Shown: positions 7,127 to 17,338, numbered from the stretch's first letter. The stretch: 40,438 bases of DNA from Phycisphaerae bacterium (GCA_015493385.1 WGDE01000234.1:1-40438); one strand, 5' to 3'. Notes: generated from the sequence alone by a model not told the origin. Numbers and translations: made by a program.

Positions 7127-8296
7127 ATGACAGGAATTATTGAGATAAATCATTTTGTTGCAGTGTTGACAATGCAACAGAAACTTATGGCCCTAAAGAA
7201 CATGGGGAATGGGCATACTATCTTTACGGATAAATGGTTTATCTTATTGTCTCTTTCATTGGTGGCAATACTGGTTGTGCTTTTAGTTGTACTTAGACAC
7301 ATAAACGATAAGAAGACCCAAGAGCTAAGCCAGCAAAAATTTCTCGAACTAGCCGATTTGCGTTGTCTTACTCGTGATGAGCTTAAGATATTGGTTGAGA
7401 TAACCAAGAGAAGTGGTCTTAAACGCCAAACATCTATATTTACTGTTCCAAAAGCTTTCGATAAGGGTTGTACGTCAATAATGCAGGAACTTTTCTCAAG
7501 TGGGCATGATCTCATAGAGAGAAAAAAGGTCTTTGCAAAAATTATTGCGGTGAAATACAAATTGGGCTTTGCTCATTCTAAAAAGTCGTCTATTAACACT
7601 TCTTCTACAAAGGGACTCTCAAGCAGACAGATTCCAGTTGGCAAGAAGGTGTCTCTGCGTCAGTTGAATTCCTTGGAAGACGAGGATGTTGAGGCAACTA
7701 TTACGCACAGTGATGAGATGATTTTGGTTCTTGAAATGTCTAATGGAGTGAATGCTTCTCCGGGTGATTCTTGGCGCATTCGTTACAATATGGGCGCATC
7801 AGTGTGGCAATTTAACGCTGTCGTTATGAATTGCGATGGCAATGAGTTAACATTCAACCATACAGACAATATACGTTTTATCAATCGTAGGCGTTTCTTG
7901 CGAGTTAGAACTGATTATCCTGCGCTGATCGCAAAGTTTGGTCCAATGGCTACGACCGAGAGTGATGATGGTAGTCATGAGATACATCCAGAATTTATCG
8001 ACGCTAGGGTTGTTCAACTTTCTGGGCCAAGTTTGAAGATAAAATCTAATGTTGAGTTGGATATTTCAGAGAGAATATTGGTTATCTTCCAAATCGATGA
8101 TGTTACGACAATACAGGATATTGGCGAAGTGCGTGGCTGTGATGTGATAGACCAAGACGTATACCTACTAGTAGAGTTGGTTGGTCTCAATGAGTCTACA
8201 ATTACCAGATTAATTAAAGAAACTAATACAATGGCAATTAAGAATGGTCTTGAAGATACGATTAAGGACCAAGATATTGCTGTGGGAGCTATTTGA
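7127..8296 (+). CDS. membrane-anchored PilZ-domain protein (YcgR/FlgZ-like candidate flagellar brake or regulator)
   Basis: 389 aa with one N-terminal TM helix (WFILLSLSLVAILVVLLVVL). The C-terminal PilZ-like module has RRRFLR (RxxxR) followed ~40 aa later by VVQLSGPSLKI, a degenerate D/NxSxxG motif. The exact start is uncertain because several in-frame ATGs lie at 7127-7205. Confidence 0.55.
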   Translation: MTGIIEINHFVAVLTMQQKLMALKNMGNGHTIFTDKWFILLSLSLVAILVVLLVVLRHINDKKTQELSQQKFLELADLRCLTRDELKILVEITKRSGLKRQTSIFTVPKAFDKGCTSIMQELFSSGHDLIERKKVFAKIIAVKYKLGFAHSKKSSINTSSTKGLSSRQIPVGKKVSLRQLNSLEDEDVEATITHSDEMILVLEMSNGVNASPGDSWRIRYNMGASVWQFNAVVMNCDGNELTFNHTDNIRFINRRRFLRVRTDYPALIAKFGPMATTESDDGSHEIHPEFIDARVVQLSGPSLKIKSNVELDISERILVIFQIDDVTTIQDIGEVRGCDVIDQDVYLLVELVGLNESTITRLIKETNTMAIKNGLEDTIKDQDIAVGAI

Positions 8297-8297
8297 T

Positions 8298-9026
8298 ATG
8301 AGAGTTAGTCCATCAGTATCTTCAAGTATTAATTCTTTACAAAGAGAATATGATACTATTGCAAACAACCTTGCTAATGTGAGTAGCAATGGTTTCAAGA
8401 GGACTGTTAATAGTTTTAGCAAGAAACTATCACAATTGCAGGGTGATTCTAGTTTAGACGACTCTGGTTCAATCCAGAGCAAGACAATGGTAGACTATTC
8501 TCAAGGTGATTTAATTGAGACGGGTCGCAAACTTGACGCTACGATATGTGGCAGTGGTTTTTTTGTTCTTGAGACTAAGAACGGCCCCATCTATTCACGT
8601 AATGGCCACTTCAGTGTCAACCCTAATGGTCAGTTAGTTGATTCTGTTGGCCGTCTTGTTTCTGGAGTTAATGGTCCTATTGTTATACCTAAGGATGCAT
8701 CTCTGTCTCAGATTAATATTTCTAATGATGGTAATGTTAGTGTTGATGGCGATAATCTTGGTAAGATTAAAGTTGTTGACTTCCCTAATAACTATCAAGA
8801 CTTAAAGCCTGCCGGTAGTGGAACTTTTACTATTGATAAGAGAATATATCCAACAACCGTTCAAACACCTTTGGTTAAACAGGGTTTCAGAGAGGGTTCT
8901 AACGTAAATATTACAGAGGAGCTCGTTGCGATGTTAGATGTAACTAGAATGTATGAAGCAAATATGAAAGTCCTTACGAAACAGGGTGAGGATGATAGGC
9001 AAATTTTAAGTGTTGCAATGGGCTAG
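8298..9026 (+). CDS. flgF: flagellar basal-body rod protein FlgF
   Basis: N-terminus YDTIANNLANVSSNGFKR and C-terminus SNVNITEELVAMLDVTRMYEANMKV. The start was moved to ATG 8298, 1 nt after the previous stop. The 8244 start in the ORF track would overlap the PilZ gene. Confidence 0.8.
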   Translation: MRVSPSVSSSINSLQREYDTIANNLANVSSNGFKRTVNSFSKKLSQLQGDSSLDDSGSIQSKTMVDYSQGDLIETGRKLDATICGSGFFVLETKNGPIYSRNGHFSVNPNGQLVDSVGRLVSGVNGPIVIPKDASLSQINISNDGNVSVDGDNLGKIKVVDFPNNYQDLKPAGSGTFTIDKRIYPTTVQTPLVKQGFREGSNVNITEELVAMLDVTRMYEANMKVLTKQGEDDRQILSVAMG

Positions 9027-9097
9027 ATGCAAAAGAGTAAAGGGTGGCTTTGATTTTTAATAGGATTTTCTAATCCTTTGATATTTAGGAGAACAAA

Positions 9098-9880
9098 ATG
9101 TTAAGAGCATTTTCAACATCGGCAACTGGTATGGCAGCGCAGCAAACAATGGTTGATACTATTGCCAATAACCTTGCGAATATTAACACTAATGGTTTCA
9201 AGAAGACTCAGGTTAATTTTGAGGATCTTCTCTATTACAAAATGCAAGCTGCCGGTCGAGAGGCAACAAATGGAGTTGTTGCACCTGGTAGTGTCGAGAT
9301 TGGTAGTGGTGTTCGTCAGGCTTCTACGACTAGAGTTTTTACTCCAGGTGAGATATCTTCAACAGAGAGGGCTTTGGATGTTGCAATCCAAGGTGATGGC
9401 TTTCTTATGGTATCTAAGCCAGATGGCGACACTGCATACACTAGAGATGGTTCTTTGATGAGAGATGCCAATGGAGTGTTAGTTACCTCCAACGGATACG
9501 TGCTTGAGCCACAGATTACAATACCATCCGATGCGACTAATATTAATATTGCGGTTGATGGAACGGTTACGGCTATAACACCTAGCGGAACTTCTTCTAT
9601 CGGGCAAATTCAATTGGCAAAGTTTGTCAATCCAGAAGGGCTCTCTAGTGAGGGTGGAAATCTATATTTAGAGACAGATGCTAGTGGAGCTCCGACAATC
9701 TCTAACCCAGGAGAGGGCGGGACGGGGCAACTTCTTGGAGGTCACTTAGAAAAGAGTAATGTGCAGATGGTTACAGAGCTAGTTAATCTGATAACTGCGC
9801 AAAGGGCTTATGAAGTGAACTCAAAAGCAATCAAAACAGGCGATGCAATGCTACAAACAGCTAATCAGTTAGTGAGGTAA
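9098..9880 (+). CDS. flgG: flagellar distal rod protein FlgG
   Basis: 260 aa with MVDTIANNLANINTNGFKK … LEKSNVQMVTELVNLITAQRAYEVNSKAIKT. SD AGGAGA precedes the ATG. Confidence 0.9.
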   Translation: MLRAFSTSATGMAAQQTMVDTIANNLANINTNGFKKTQVNFEDLLYYKMQAAGREATNGVVAPGSVEIGSGVRQASTTRVFTPGEISSTERALDVAIQGDGFLMVSKPDGDTAYTRDGSLMRDANGVLVTSNGYVLEPQITIPSDATNINIAVDGTVTAITPSGTSSIGQIQLAKFVNPEGLSSEGGNLYLETDASGAPTISNPGEGGTGQLLGGHLEKSNVQMVTELVNLITAQRAYEVNSKAIKTGDAMLQTANQLVR

Positions 9881-9881
9881 A

Positions 9882-10862
9882 GTGAATAGACTTTCTAAAA
9901 TATTATTAGGTGTATTGATTTGCTCTGTATCTTTAGCTACCTCAAGTGACACTCTTGAGATATATCTGCTAAGAGATACTGTTGTTGACTCTCAAGAGAT
10001 TACCCTCTCTATGGTCTCTGTACTGCATGGACCAGAACAGAGGGTTGAACTTGCAGGGAATGTTGTGCTTGGAAAACTAGTTCGACCAGGACAGAGTATG
10101 GTTCTTGATAGGGAGACGATATATGCCCGTTTAGCTTCGCTTGGTATTGATAGCTCAGAGGTTAAATTTCTTGGGGCTACTAATGCTAGGGTGAGTAAAT
10201 CAGAAGTTGTGATTTCTACTAAAGAGATTGTTGATTATGCACAAGAAGCAATCGCCGATTATATCAAGAAAAATAATATTGCTCAAGCAACAGCCGCATC
10301 GAGACCTTCAAAGGTTGTGGTTGATGGAACCAAGAAAAAACTTAAGGTTGTCTCTAGAGTAGAGAATTCAAGTGTAAAATCTGTGACTGTAAGGGTTGAT
10401 TTTATGGTCAATGATAGAGATGTTGTTTCTCGAAAAGTTAGGTTTAAGTTTAAATATAATGCTAATGTTGCTGTGGCTACTCACAATATTGCATCAGGTT
10501 CTCTAATAAGTGATAAAGATTTTAGGATTAAAAAGACACTCTCAAGCTCGCCGTCTGAATTTGCCGTATCGCCTAGCGGTAAGGTTGCTAAGCGTAGGAT
10601 TGGGGTTGGAAGAGAGATAAAAGCTCAAATGCTAGCCGATGCGCAACAGGCTATCGTTGTAAAGAAGAATCAAATGGTTGAGATTCGCTATGAGAGTACG
10701 GTTCTTTTTGTTAGTGCATTAGGAGAGGCTCTCAGCGACGGAAAAGTTGGTGAGATTATAAAGGTTGCCAATGTAAAGATGGATGATCGTGGCCGTTCAA
10801 TAAAGGGCAGAATAATTGCTGCAAGAGTATTGAGTGATGGCTGTGTAGTTCCTGCTTACTAA
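9882..10862 (+). CDS. flgA: flagellar P-ring assembly chaperone FlgA (long form)
   Basis: GTG start 1 nt after the flgG stop, with a signal peptide. The C-terminal SAF/FlgA-like segment is VVKKNQMVEIRYESTVLFVSALGEALSDGKVGEIIKVANV. Its position between flgG and flgH supports the call. Confidence 0.7.
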   Translation: MNRLSKILLGVLICSVSLATSSDTLEIYLLRDTVVDSQEITLSMVSVLHGPEQRVELAGNVVLGKLVRPGQSMVLDRETIYARLASLGIDSSEVKFLGATNARVSKSEVVISTKEIVDYAQEAIADYIKKNNIAQATAASRPSKVVVDGTKKKLKVVSRVENSSVKSVTVRVDFMVNDRDVVSRKVRFKFKYNANVAVATHNIASGSLISDKDFRIKKTLSSSPSEFAVSPSGKVAKRRIGVGREIKAQMLADAQQAIVVKKNQMVEIRYESTVLFVSALGEALSDGKVGEIIKVANVKMDDRGRSIKGRIIAARVLSDGCVVPAY

Positions 10863-10876
10863 TGGAGGTTAATATA

Positions 10877-11479
10877 ATGAAGAAGATTTGTGTGCTGTTA
10901 ATAATGCTTGTAGCGGTTGTTGCCAATGTCAATGCTGGTTCAATTTATGCTAAGAGACACAGAGATACGCGAGCGTTATACTCTGACGATACAGCTAGGC
11001 ATGTTGGGGATTTAATAACAATAATCATAAATGAAGATAGTAAATCAGATAACACTATTGAGAGAAAACTTGAGAATACGAACAATAGAAGTAACTCATT
11101 TAATGGCGATTTGGGAGTGAACTTCATACCAGATTTGCCAGGATTTACTATGTCTCAAAAGGGAGAGCGTAAGCTTGATGGCAAGAGTGAATATGATGAT
11201 CAGAGGAAATATACAGATAAGGTGACTGTTGTTGTGCAGGATATTCATCCAAACGGAGACCTTGTCGTGCTAGGATATAGAGAACGTAATATATCTGGTG
11301 ATAAGCACACCATACAGATAAGTGGAATAGTAAGGCCATCAGATATCTTGTTTGATAATACTATTGGTAGTCAGAAGGTTGCTAATTTTAAGCTTGTAAC
11401 TATTAGTGAAGGTGTATCAGAAGATTACAATAAACCTGGTTGGTTTGCTCAAATCCTCGATATGTTCTGGCCATTCTGA
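10877..11479 (+). CDS. flgH: flagellar L-ring protein FlgH
   Basis: Contains ALYSDDTARHVGDLITIIINE and ISGDKHTIQISGIVRPSDI. ATG 10877 is preferred because GGAGG at 10864-10868 gives good SD spacing. The signal peptide is MKKICVLLIMLVAVVANVNA, with no lipobox Cys at the predicted cleavage site. Confidence 0.85.
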   Translation: MKKICVLLIMLVAVVANVNAGSIYAKRHRDTRALYSDDTARHVGDLITIIINEDSKSDNTIERKLENTNNRSNSFNGDLGVNFIPDLPGFTMSQKGERKLDGKSEYDDQRKYTDKVTVVVQDIHPNGDLVVLGYRERNISGDKHTIQISGIVRPSDILFDNTIGSQKVANFKLVTISEGVSEDYNKPGWFAQILDMFWPF

Positions 11480-11493
11480 TTTTTGGAGAAAAA

Positions 11494-12603
11494 ATGTTTA
11501 ATCGTCTTATATCTACTTTTGTTCTTTGTTGTTTGCTCACTTCAGGAGCAATGGCTACAAGAATAAAGGATATTGTTAGTATTCAAGGCATACGTTCTAA
11601 CCCATTGAGTGGGTTTGGGCTTGTAGTTGGTCTCACACCGGGAAACGGAGATAGCGTCGAGAGCGCAAAGAAGATGCTTTCAAATCTTCTCAAGCATGAT
11701 GAGTTGAATCTTTCTCCAGAAGATTTCTCTAGTGACTCCGTTGCGGTTGTTGCTGTTACTGCATCGCTTGGCCCATTTGATAGAACTGGCGCAAAACTCG
11801 ATGTTTCCGTTTCAACAATTGGTGACGCTAAGAGTCTCCAAGGGGGGGCTTTGCTTGCGACAGAACTTAAGGGTTTAGACGGAGAAGTTTATGCTGTGGC
11901 TTCTGGTTCAGTATCTATCGGGGGATGGAGTGTTGCCGGTAAGGCTGCAAACGTTAGTAAGAATCACCAGACTGTCGGACGCATTCCAGATGGAGCATAT
12001 GTTGAGCGGTCAGAGTTGGCTGATTTTATAGATATTTATGGTAATAATAGATACGTTACTCTTAACCTTAGGAATAATGATTTTTCAACAGCTCAAAGAA
12101 TTTACGAAGCTATAAATAATCTATATCCTGGTAATGTGGACGTACTCGATGCCGGTGCAATTAAAGTTAAAATTCCTAAGCAGATTAGAAAAGACCAAGT
12201 TGTAGGGTTCATTGATCAGATTACAAAAATAGACGTGGATGTTGATACTCCTGCAGTTGTAATAATTAATGAGAGAACCGGAACTATTGTTGTTGGAGAG
12301 AATGTTGGAATATCTCGAGTTGCAATTGCTCAGGGAAGTCTTGTTGTAAGGGTGAAAGAGACTCAAAATGTCTCACAGCCAACTGCTAATTTCAGCGACG
12401 CTGGAGAGACTAAGGTCGTAAACGATACAAGTATAAATGTAGAAGAAGAGAATGCGCACTTGATAGCGGTTGATGCAGTTGTTACCGTTGCTCAACTGGC
12501 AAATGCACTCAATTCTATAGGCGCTACTCCTAGAGATTTGATAGCTATCTTTAATGCTTTAAAGGAAGCCGGAGCTCTTCAGGCACGGCTTGAAATAATG
12601 TAA
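11494..12603 (+). CDS. flgI: flagellar P-ring protein FlgI
   Basis: Contains RIKDIVSIQGIRSNPLSGFGLVVGL, SLQGGALLATELKGLDGEVYAVASG, and the C-terminal LIAIFNALKEAGALQARLEIM. ATG 11494 is preceded by GGAGAA, and a signal peptide follows. The 11440 start in the ORF track overlaps flgH. Confidence 0.9.
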   Translation: MFNRLISTFVLCCLLTSGAMATRIKDIVSIQGIRSNPLSGFGLVVGLTPGNGDSVESAKKMLSNLLKHDELNLSPEDFSSDSVAVVAVTASLGPFDRTGAKLDVSVSTIGDAKSLQGGALLATELKGLDGEVYAVASGSVSIGGWSVAGKAANVSKNHQTVGRIPDGAYVERSELADFIDIYGNNRYVTLNLRNNDFSTAQRIYEAINNLYPGNVDVLDAGAIKVKIPKQIRKDQVVGFIDQITKIDVDVDTPAVVIINERTGTIVVGENVGISRVAIAQGSLVVRVKETQNVSQPTANFSDAGETKVVNDTSINVEEENAHLIAVDAVVTVAQLANALNSIGATPRDLIAIFNALKEAGALQARLEIM

Positions 12604-12620
12604 TTAATTTAGAAGATAAT

Positions 12621-12944
12621 ATGAATACCGTTGTAGATAATATCTCAAATATAATACCGATTTCAGATAATCTCAAACAGCAGAATCTAGAGGATAAAGC
12701 AAAGCATAAGTTTGCGCAACAATTTGAAGCTTTGTTCTTAAATAAACTTCTTGATTCAATGCAAGATACAATGCCAGATTCTGGGTTTGATACTGATGCT
12801 GCATCAGGTCAGGTAAAGGGGCTCTTTACTATGTTTATGTCTCAGGCTGTGGCAAAAGAGGGCGGTGTTGGCTTGGCAGATGAAATCTATAACTCAATGA
12901 GTAAAGATAAGAATAGAGATTCGATTGTGAATCAGGAAGTGTAA
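12621..12944 (+). CDS. flgJ: rod-binding protein (FlgJ N-terminal domain only, no muramidase domain)
   Basis: 107 aa with FAQQFEALFLNKLLDSMQDTM, the Rod_binding-type motif. The position after flgI matches flgJ. Confidence 0.7.
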   Translation: MNTVVDNISNIIPISDNLKQQNLEDKAKHKFAQQFEALFLNKLLDSMQDTMPDSGFDTDAASGQVKGLFTMFMSQAVAKEGGVGLADEIYNSMSKDKNRDSIVNQEV

Positions 12945-12945
12945 G

Positions 12946-13461
12946 ATGAGAGATATAATTGCAATGTTAACAGATAAGTTTCTTGAAGTAATTGATTCTG
13001 ATATTACACACCTTGAGATGGCTAAGAGTGCGATGGATCACTTAAAAGCATCGGTGATTAAGCGTGATGAGGAACAGCTTAAGAAGATTTTGGCCATAGT
13101 AGAGAATGCATTAGCCGCCTATTCCAATGTTGAGAATCAAAGAGAAGTTATAAGAAGAGAGCTGGCAAAGTGTATGAAGTGCAAGCTTGATGAGATGACT
13201 ATGACTAAATTGAAAGATTATGTGTCTCTCGAGCAAGCTAAAGAAGTGGCAAGAAAGCAAAACATCCTCAAGTCTCTAGTTCAAGACATCAAGGAGAATC
13301 ATATGGTGACGGTTATGTTCTTACAGGAATGTACTCGTTTGAATGATAAAATGCTTGCGGGGATACTCGGAGATAGAAAAGAGTTAACCTACAATAGTAA
13401 TGGACACGGACGTTGGAAAAATGTTACGGCGTCTTCATCTTTAGTTAATTTAAGATTTTAA
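12946..13461 (+). CDS. FlgN-like flagellar export chaperone (tentative)
   Basis: 171-aa helical protein directly upstream of flgK and coupled to flgJ (TAA-g-ATG). The N-terminus is heptad-like and the C-terminal LTYNSNGHG resembles the FlgN tail. No strong motif was seen. Confidence 0.45.
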   Translation: MRDIIAMLTDKFLEVIDSDITHLEMAKSAMDHLKASVIKRDEEQLKKILAIVENALAAYSNVENQREVIRRELAKCMKCKLDEMTMTKLKDYVSLEQAKEVARKQNILKSLVQDIKENHMVTVMFLQECTRLNDKMLAGILGDRKELTYNSNGHGRWKNVTASSSLVNLRF

Positions 13462-13529
13462 GAGGTTACTGAAAATAACTTGTCTAGATTTTTAAACTAG
13501 TCCGTTTGTTTTTGGGTTAAAGGATTTGT

Positions 13530-15494
13530 ATGAGCGGTTATGACATAGGCATCTCAGGTATGATTACGTCGCAGAAAGCCATAGATGTTATTGGTAACAA
13601 TATGGCAAACGCTGGGACTGAGGGCTACCATAAACAGAGAGTGAATATCTCTCCAGCAATAGAGACTTACTATGGAGATACCCTCATAGGTCAAGGTGCT
13701 TATGTGCATGATGTGAAGAGATTGTACTCTAGTATGCTAGAAAAGGAGATTACTACTCAAAATGCATCATTGTCTATGACTAATCGCAAGCTTGATACGC
13801 TTACGATGATTGAAAATTCATTTGGAGAGCTTGCTTCGAAGGGGCTTAGTTCTGCTATGGATAATTATTTTGAGTCTATGCATGAGATGGCTACAGATCC
13901 AAGTAATGCAGTATTGCAAAACAAAGTTATTCGTTCGGCTCAGGGACTAACTTATGAGTTTAGACGTATGGGTTCTTTTCTTGGCGGTATCAATGAAGAC
14001 TTGAATCTAGAAGCCAAAAACATTGGTAAGCAGATTAATGATATTGGTAATCAAATTGCCCGTTTGAATGAAGATATTTCAAAACAGGAGATGCGCGGAG
14101 GCTCTGCGGGTAATATGAGAGATGATAGAGATTCTCTTGTCAATAAATTGGCAGATTTAGTTGATGTCAGGGTTAGAGAAGACAATGGTATGTACAATGT
14201 CATTGTAGGCCAGACTCCTCTGGTTGTTGGTACTATGACAATGCCGGTAAAAGTGGATTTGTTTAACAATAAAGATAAGCTAGAATTAGGCCTCTCTGCG
14301 CAAGAGTCTGATAGTTACGCAACAGCTCTAAGCGGAGGGAAACTTGGGGCTCTCTTTGAATTGCGCAACGAGTTGGTACCTAACTATCTTGATACGCTAA
14401 ATACATTGTCCAATACAATAGCACTAGAGACTAATAAACTTCACATTCAAGGAGTTGGTTCTAGTGGTGCATTCAAAAGCCTCTCTGGTTGGGTTATGAC
14501 AACTCAGGACTTGAGTGAAATGAATCCACCAGTTGTAGATGGTAAGATATATATAAGGGTGACAGATTCAAGCGGTGATGTCGTGAGGCATGAGATTGAT
14601 GTAGATGCTGCAAATGATACGCTTACAGATATTGCCAATAAGTTTAATGCCATAGCGGGTCTTAGTGGTTGTGGTGTGGTTGGTTCTCAGCTTGTAATTC
14701 AATCGGATTCAGGTTATTCATTTGATTTTCAGGCAGGTACTCCGCCAGAAATTACTCCGGGTGGCGTTCCTATTGGCTCATCGATACCAAGACTCAGCGG
14801 TATTTATACAGGCAAGGAAAATCAAACTTACACATGCACTATAAATGGCTCAGGAGATATTGGTCTTCCAGGTGGGCCTCATATTACTGTTACAAATGGT
14901 GCCGGTCAGGTTGTGGCTAACTTTGATGTTGGCGCAGGCTATGAGGCAGGCAAAGAGCTTTATATCGATAATGGTATATCGTTGTCATTTGACCCTGGAA
15001 ATTTAAATGATTCGACGACATTTACTTTTGAAGCTCTAGCTACCTCTGATACTTCTGGCTTACTTGTAGCGACTGGAGTTAATTGTCTCTTTACTGGTAA
15101 TACTGCGGCAACAATGAGCGTTGTCAAAGATATTGTAGAGAATCCAGGACGCTTATCTGTTACTGGTGGTGGTTACGACGAGAATGGTTCGGTAATTCTT
15201 GCAATGGCAAATGTTGGTGATACAACATTTGCGTCTACTGATGATTTAACTCCAGAACAATTCTATCAAAATCTTACCGCTACTATCGGTCAAGACGTTT
15301 CTGCCGGAAAAACCAAGCTCGACAACACTAATAATATTATGAAACATTTAATGCAGCAGCAGAGTGATGTTAGCGGTGTTGATATAAATACTGAAGCAAC
15401 GCAGCTTATGGTGTTTGAGAGGATGTTTCAAGCAATGAGTAAGTTTCTATCGAGTGTAGATAAAACATTAGATACACTGATGAATATAATATGA
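13530..15494 (+). CDS. flgK: flagellar hook-associated protein 1 FlgK
   Basis: 654 aa. N-terminus ISGMITSQKAIDVIGNNMANAGTEGYHKQ and C-terminus GVDINTEATQLMVFERMFQAMSKF. Confidence 0.9.
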   Translation: MSGYDIGISGMITSQKAIDVIGNNMANAGTEGYHKQRVNISPAIETYYGDTLIGQGAYVHDVKRLYSSMLEKEITTQNASLSMTNRKLDTLTMIENSFGELASKGLSSAMDNYFESMHEMATDPSNAVLQNKVIRSAQGLTYEFRRMGSFLGGINEDLNLEAKNIGKQINDIGNQIARLNEDISKQEMRGGSAGNMRDDRDSLVNKLADLVDVRVREDNGMYNVIVGQTPLVVGTMTMPVKVDLFNNKDKLELGLSAQESDSYATALSGGKLGALFELRNELVPNYLDTLNTLSNTIALETNKLHIQGVGSSGAFKSLSGWVMTTQDLSEMNPPVVDGKIYIRVTDSSGDVVRHEIDVDAANDTLTDIANKFNAIAGLSGCGVVGSQLVIQSDSGYSFDFQAGTPPEITPGGVPIGSSIPRLSGIYTGKENQTYTCTINGSGDIGLPGGPHITVTNGAGQVVANFDVGAGYEAGKELYIDNGISLSFDPGNLNDSTTFTFEALATSDTSGLLVATGVNCLFTGNTAATMSVVKDIVENPGRLSVTGGGYDENGSVILAMANVGDTTFASTDDLTPEQFYQNLTATIGQDVSAGKTKLDNTNNIMKHLMQQQSDVSGVDINTEATQLMVFERMFQAMSKFLSSVDKTLDTLMNII

Positions 15495-15513
15495 TATAAC
15501 GATTGGGTAAGAA

Positions 15514-16710
15514 ATGAGTAGTAGCATAAATTCTGTATACAACAATACAATATGGGCCCTCTCAAACCATTCAAATCGTCTGATGGAGCTTCAGGAGCAG
15601 GCGTCAACAGGGTTGAAGGTTAACCGACCAAGTGATGCGCCGTCTTCTGCGAATAGAATTCTAAATATCAAATCTGAATTGCGCAGCATGGATACTGAAC
15701 TTTCTAGTATTGGAGAGATTACCTCAAGGCTAGAGATGTCTTCGTCGGTTGTACAGAGTATGACGTCTCAGATGGGTGGTATGCGTGCTAGAATTACTAG
15801 TGTACTCTCAGGTCTTCAGGCTGGTACTACTGCCGCCTCAACGCGTAAGGCCGTTGGAGATGAATTTAACGATATGATTGAGCAGTATCTATCGTTGGCG
15901 AATTCTTCCAAGGCAGGGCAATACCTATTTGGTGGTGCAGCTAGTAGTAAGCCTCCTTACGTTGTCGAACGTGATATCCACGGTGATATTACATCTGTCA
16001 AATATGTAGGCAGCCATGACGATAGGCATGTTAAGGTTGCCGCAGGTGTTGAGATGCCATCTTGTTTGGTTGGTGATGATATCTTTAAGTTTGACTCTAG
16101 AGAGCCTCCAAAATTTCTCGGTACGACAGGTGCTGTTGCAGGAACCGGAACCTCAACTATTAGAGGCTCGAAGTGGTTAGAAGTCTCAGCTTCTGGTGGT
16201 GGTTGGGATCTTTCAATTGACGGAGGTTTATCAAGCGTGCATGTTCCACCGGCGGGTCCAAATACTATGGTTACAGATTCTAAGACCGGAGAAGTGCTTT
16301 ATGTAGATTCTACTGGTATAACCAATGCTGGGCTTGAAGCGGTAACTGTGAATGGAACTTATGATGTATTTAATGCTTTGATTGCGACTAGAGATCTCTT
16401 ACGCGGCACAAAGCCTATAAGCGATGATGATTATAGAGAGTTGCTTAGCCAATCATCGGCAAGTCTTAATGAAGTAGACCATGGTCTAACCCGTGCATTT
16501 ACCTCAATAGGAGGTCGCCTTGAAGCTCTTAGCAATCTTAAGGATAGTATTGAGGATGTCCAAGTTAGTGTAGAGGGCGAGAGGAGTAGATTGCAAGATG
16601 CTGATATCGCACAGATTTCAGTAGATATAGCAGAGAGAACAACTTTGTATCAGATGTCAATGAGTGTTGCGGCTAAGGTTTTTGGCCTATCAATACTAGA
16701 TTATATATAG
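15514..16710 (+). CDS. flgL: flagellar hook-associated protein 3 FlgL
   Basis: 398 aa. The flagellin-type N-terminus is LQEQASTGLKVNRPSDAPSSANRIL and the C-terminus is LQDADIAQISVDIAERTTLYQMSMSVAAKVFGLSILDYI. Its position after flgK argues for FlgL rather than flagellin. Confidence 0.8.
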   Translation: MSSSINSVYNNTIWALSNHSNRLMELQEQASTGLKVNRPSDAPSSANRILNIKSELRSMDTELSSIGEITSRLEMSSSVVQSMTSQMGGMRARITSVLSGLQAGTTAASTRKAVGDEFNDMIEQYLSLANSSKAGQYLFGGAASSKPPYVVERDIHGDITSVKYVGSHDDRHVKVAAGVEMPSCLVGDDIFKFDSREPPKFLGTTGAVAGTGTSTIRGSKWLEVSASGGGWDLSIDGGLSSVHVPPAGPNTMVTDSKTGEVLYVDSTGITNAGLEAVTVNGTYDVFNALIATRDLLRGTKPISDDDYRELLSQSSASLNEVDHGLTRAFTSIGGRLEALSNLKDSIEDVQVSVEGERSRLQDADIAQISVDIAERTTLYQMSMSVAAKVFGLSILDYI

Positions 16711-16717
16711 GATTGCT

Positions 16718-17338
16718 ATGCATATGGATAATACACAACTAGAAGATGGCGTGGTTAATATTACTGATTATCTTGATTTGGCGCATTGCTATCTAGCGTT
16801 AGATGAATTTGATAATGCAAAAGAGTTTTTCGACAGGGCTTCCAAAATGGACCCAGACAACCCAGAGCCATACATTGGCACCGGACTGATTGCAATGGCA
16901 CAAAACGACAATGAGAGTGCTATGGCGGCTCTTGTTTTGTCTGTTAAGTTAGACCAAAATAACAGTAAAGCACACGCCTCTTTGGCATCGCTTTATCAAA
17001 AGCTTGGGGAGTTTGAGGATTCGTTTGCGTACTACCTTAAATCCCTTGAGTTAGATTGTGATAATATGGCGGCATTGCTAGGCTTATTCCAAGTATCTGC
17101 GCAGATGGGTAGTTTTTCGAAAGTAATCCATTATCTCGAACAGTACTTGATGAAACATCCAGATGATTTATCAGTTCTATTTTGTCTCTCGAATCTCTAT
17201 GTCAAAGAGGGCAAACTAGAACTGGCGAAAGATATTCTTCTTGAGCTTGTTTCATTAGATAATGATTACAAAGATGCAATAGAGTTGCTTGAAGAAGTAG
17301 AGAATATGATAGCTCAAAATAGAATAAAAGTTGCATGA
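16718..17338 (+). CDS. TPR-repeat protein inside the flagellar operon
   Basis: 206 aa with repeated 34-residue A/Y/L patterns (e.g. AHASLASLYQKLGEFEDSFAYYLKSLELDCDN). It starts 8 nt after flgL and overlaps the next ORF by ATGA. Confidence 0.7.
   Translation: MHMDNTQLEDGVVNITDYLDLAHCYLALDEFDNAKEFFDRASKMDPDNPEPYIGTGLIAMAQNDNESAMAALVLSVKLDQNNSKAHASLASLYQKLGEFEDSFAYYLKSLELDCDNMAALLGLFQVSAQMGSFSKVIHYLEQYLMKHPDDLSVLFCLSNLYVKEGKLELAKDILLELVSLDNDYKDAIELLEEVENMIAQNRIKVA

Noticed and set aside
15514-16710. Possibility that this flagellin-like gene is the filament flagellin (fliC)
   Set aside because: Its position immediately after flgK, its 398-aa size and its weak flagellin-like termini fit FlgL (HAP3). 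No separate flagellin was recognised in the window.
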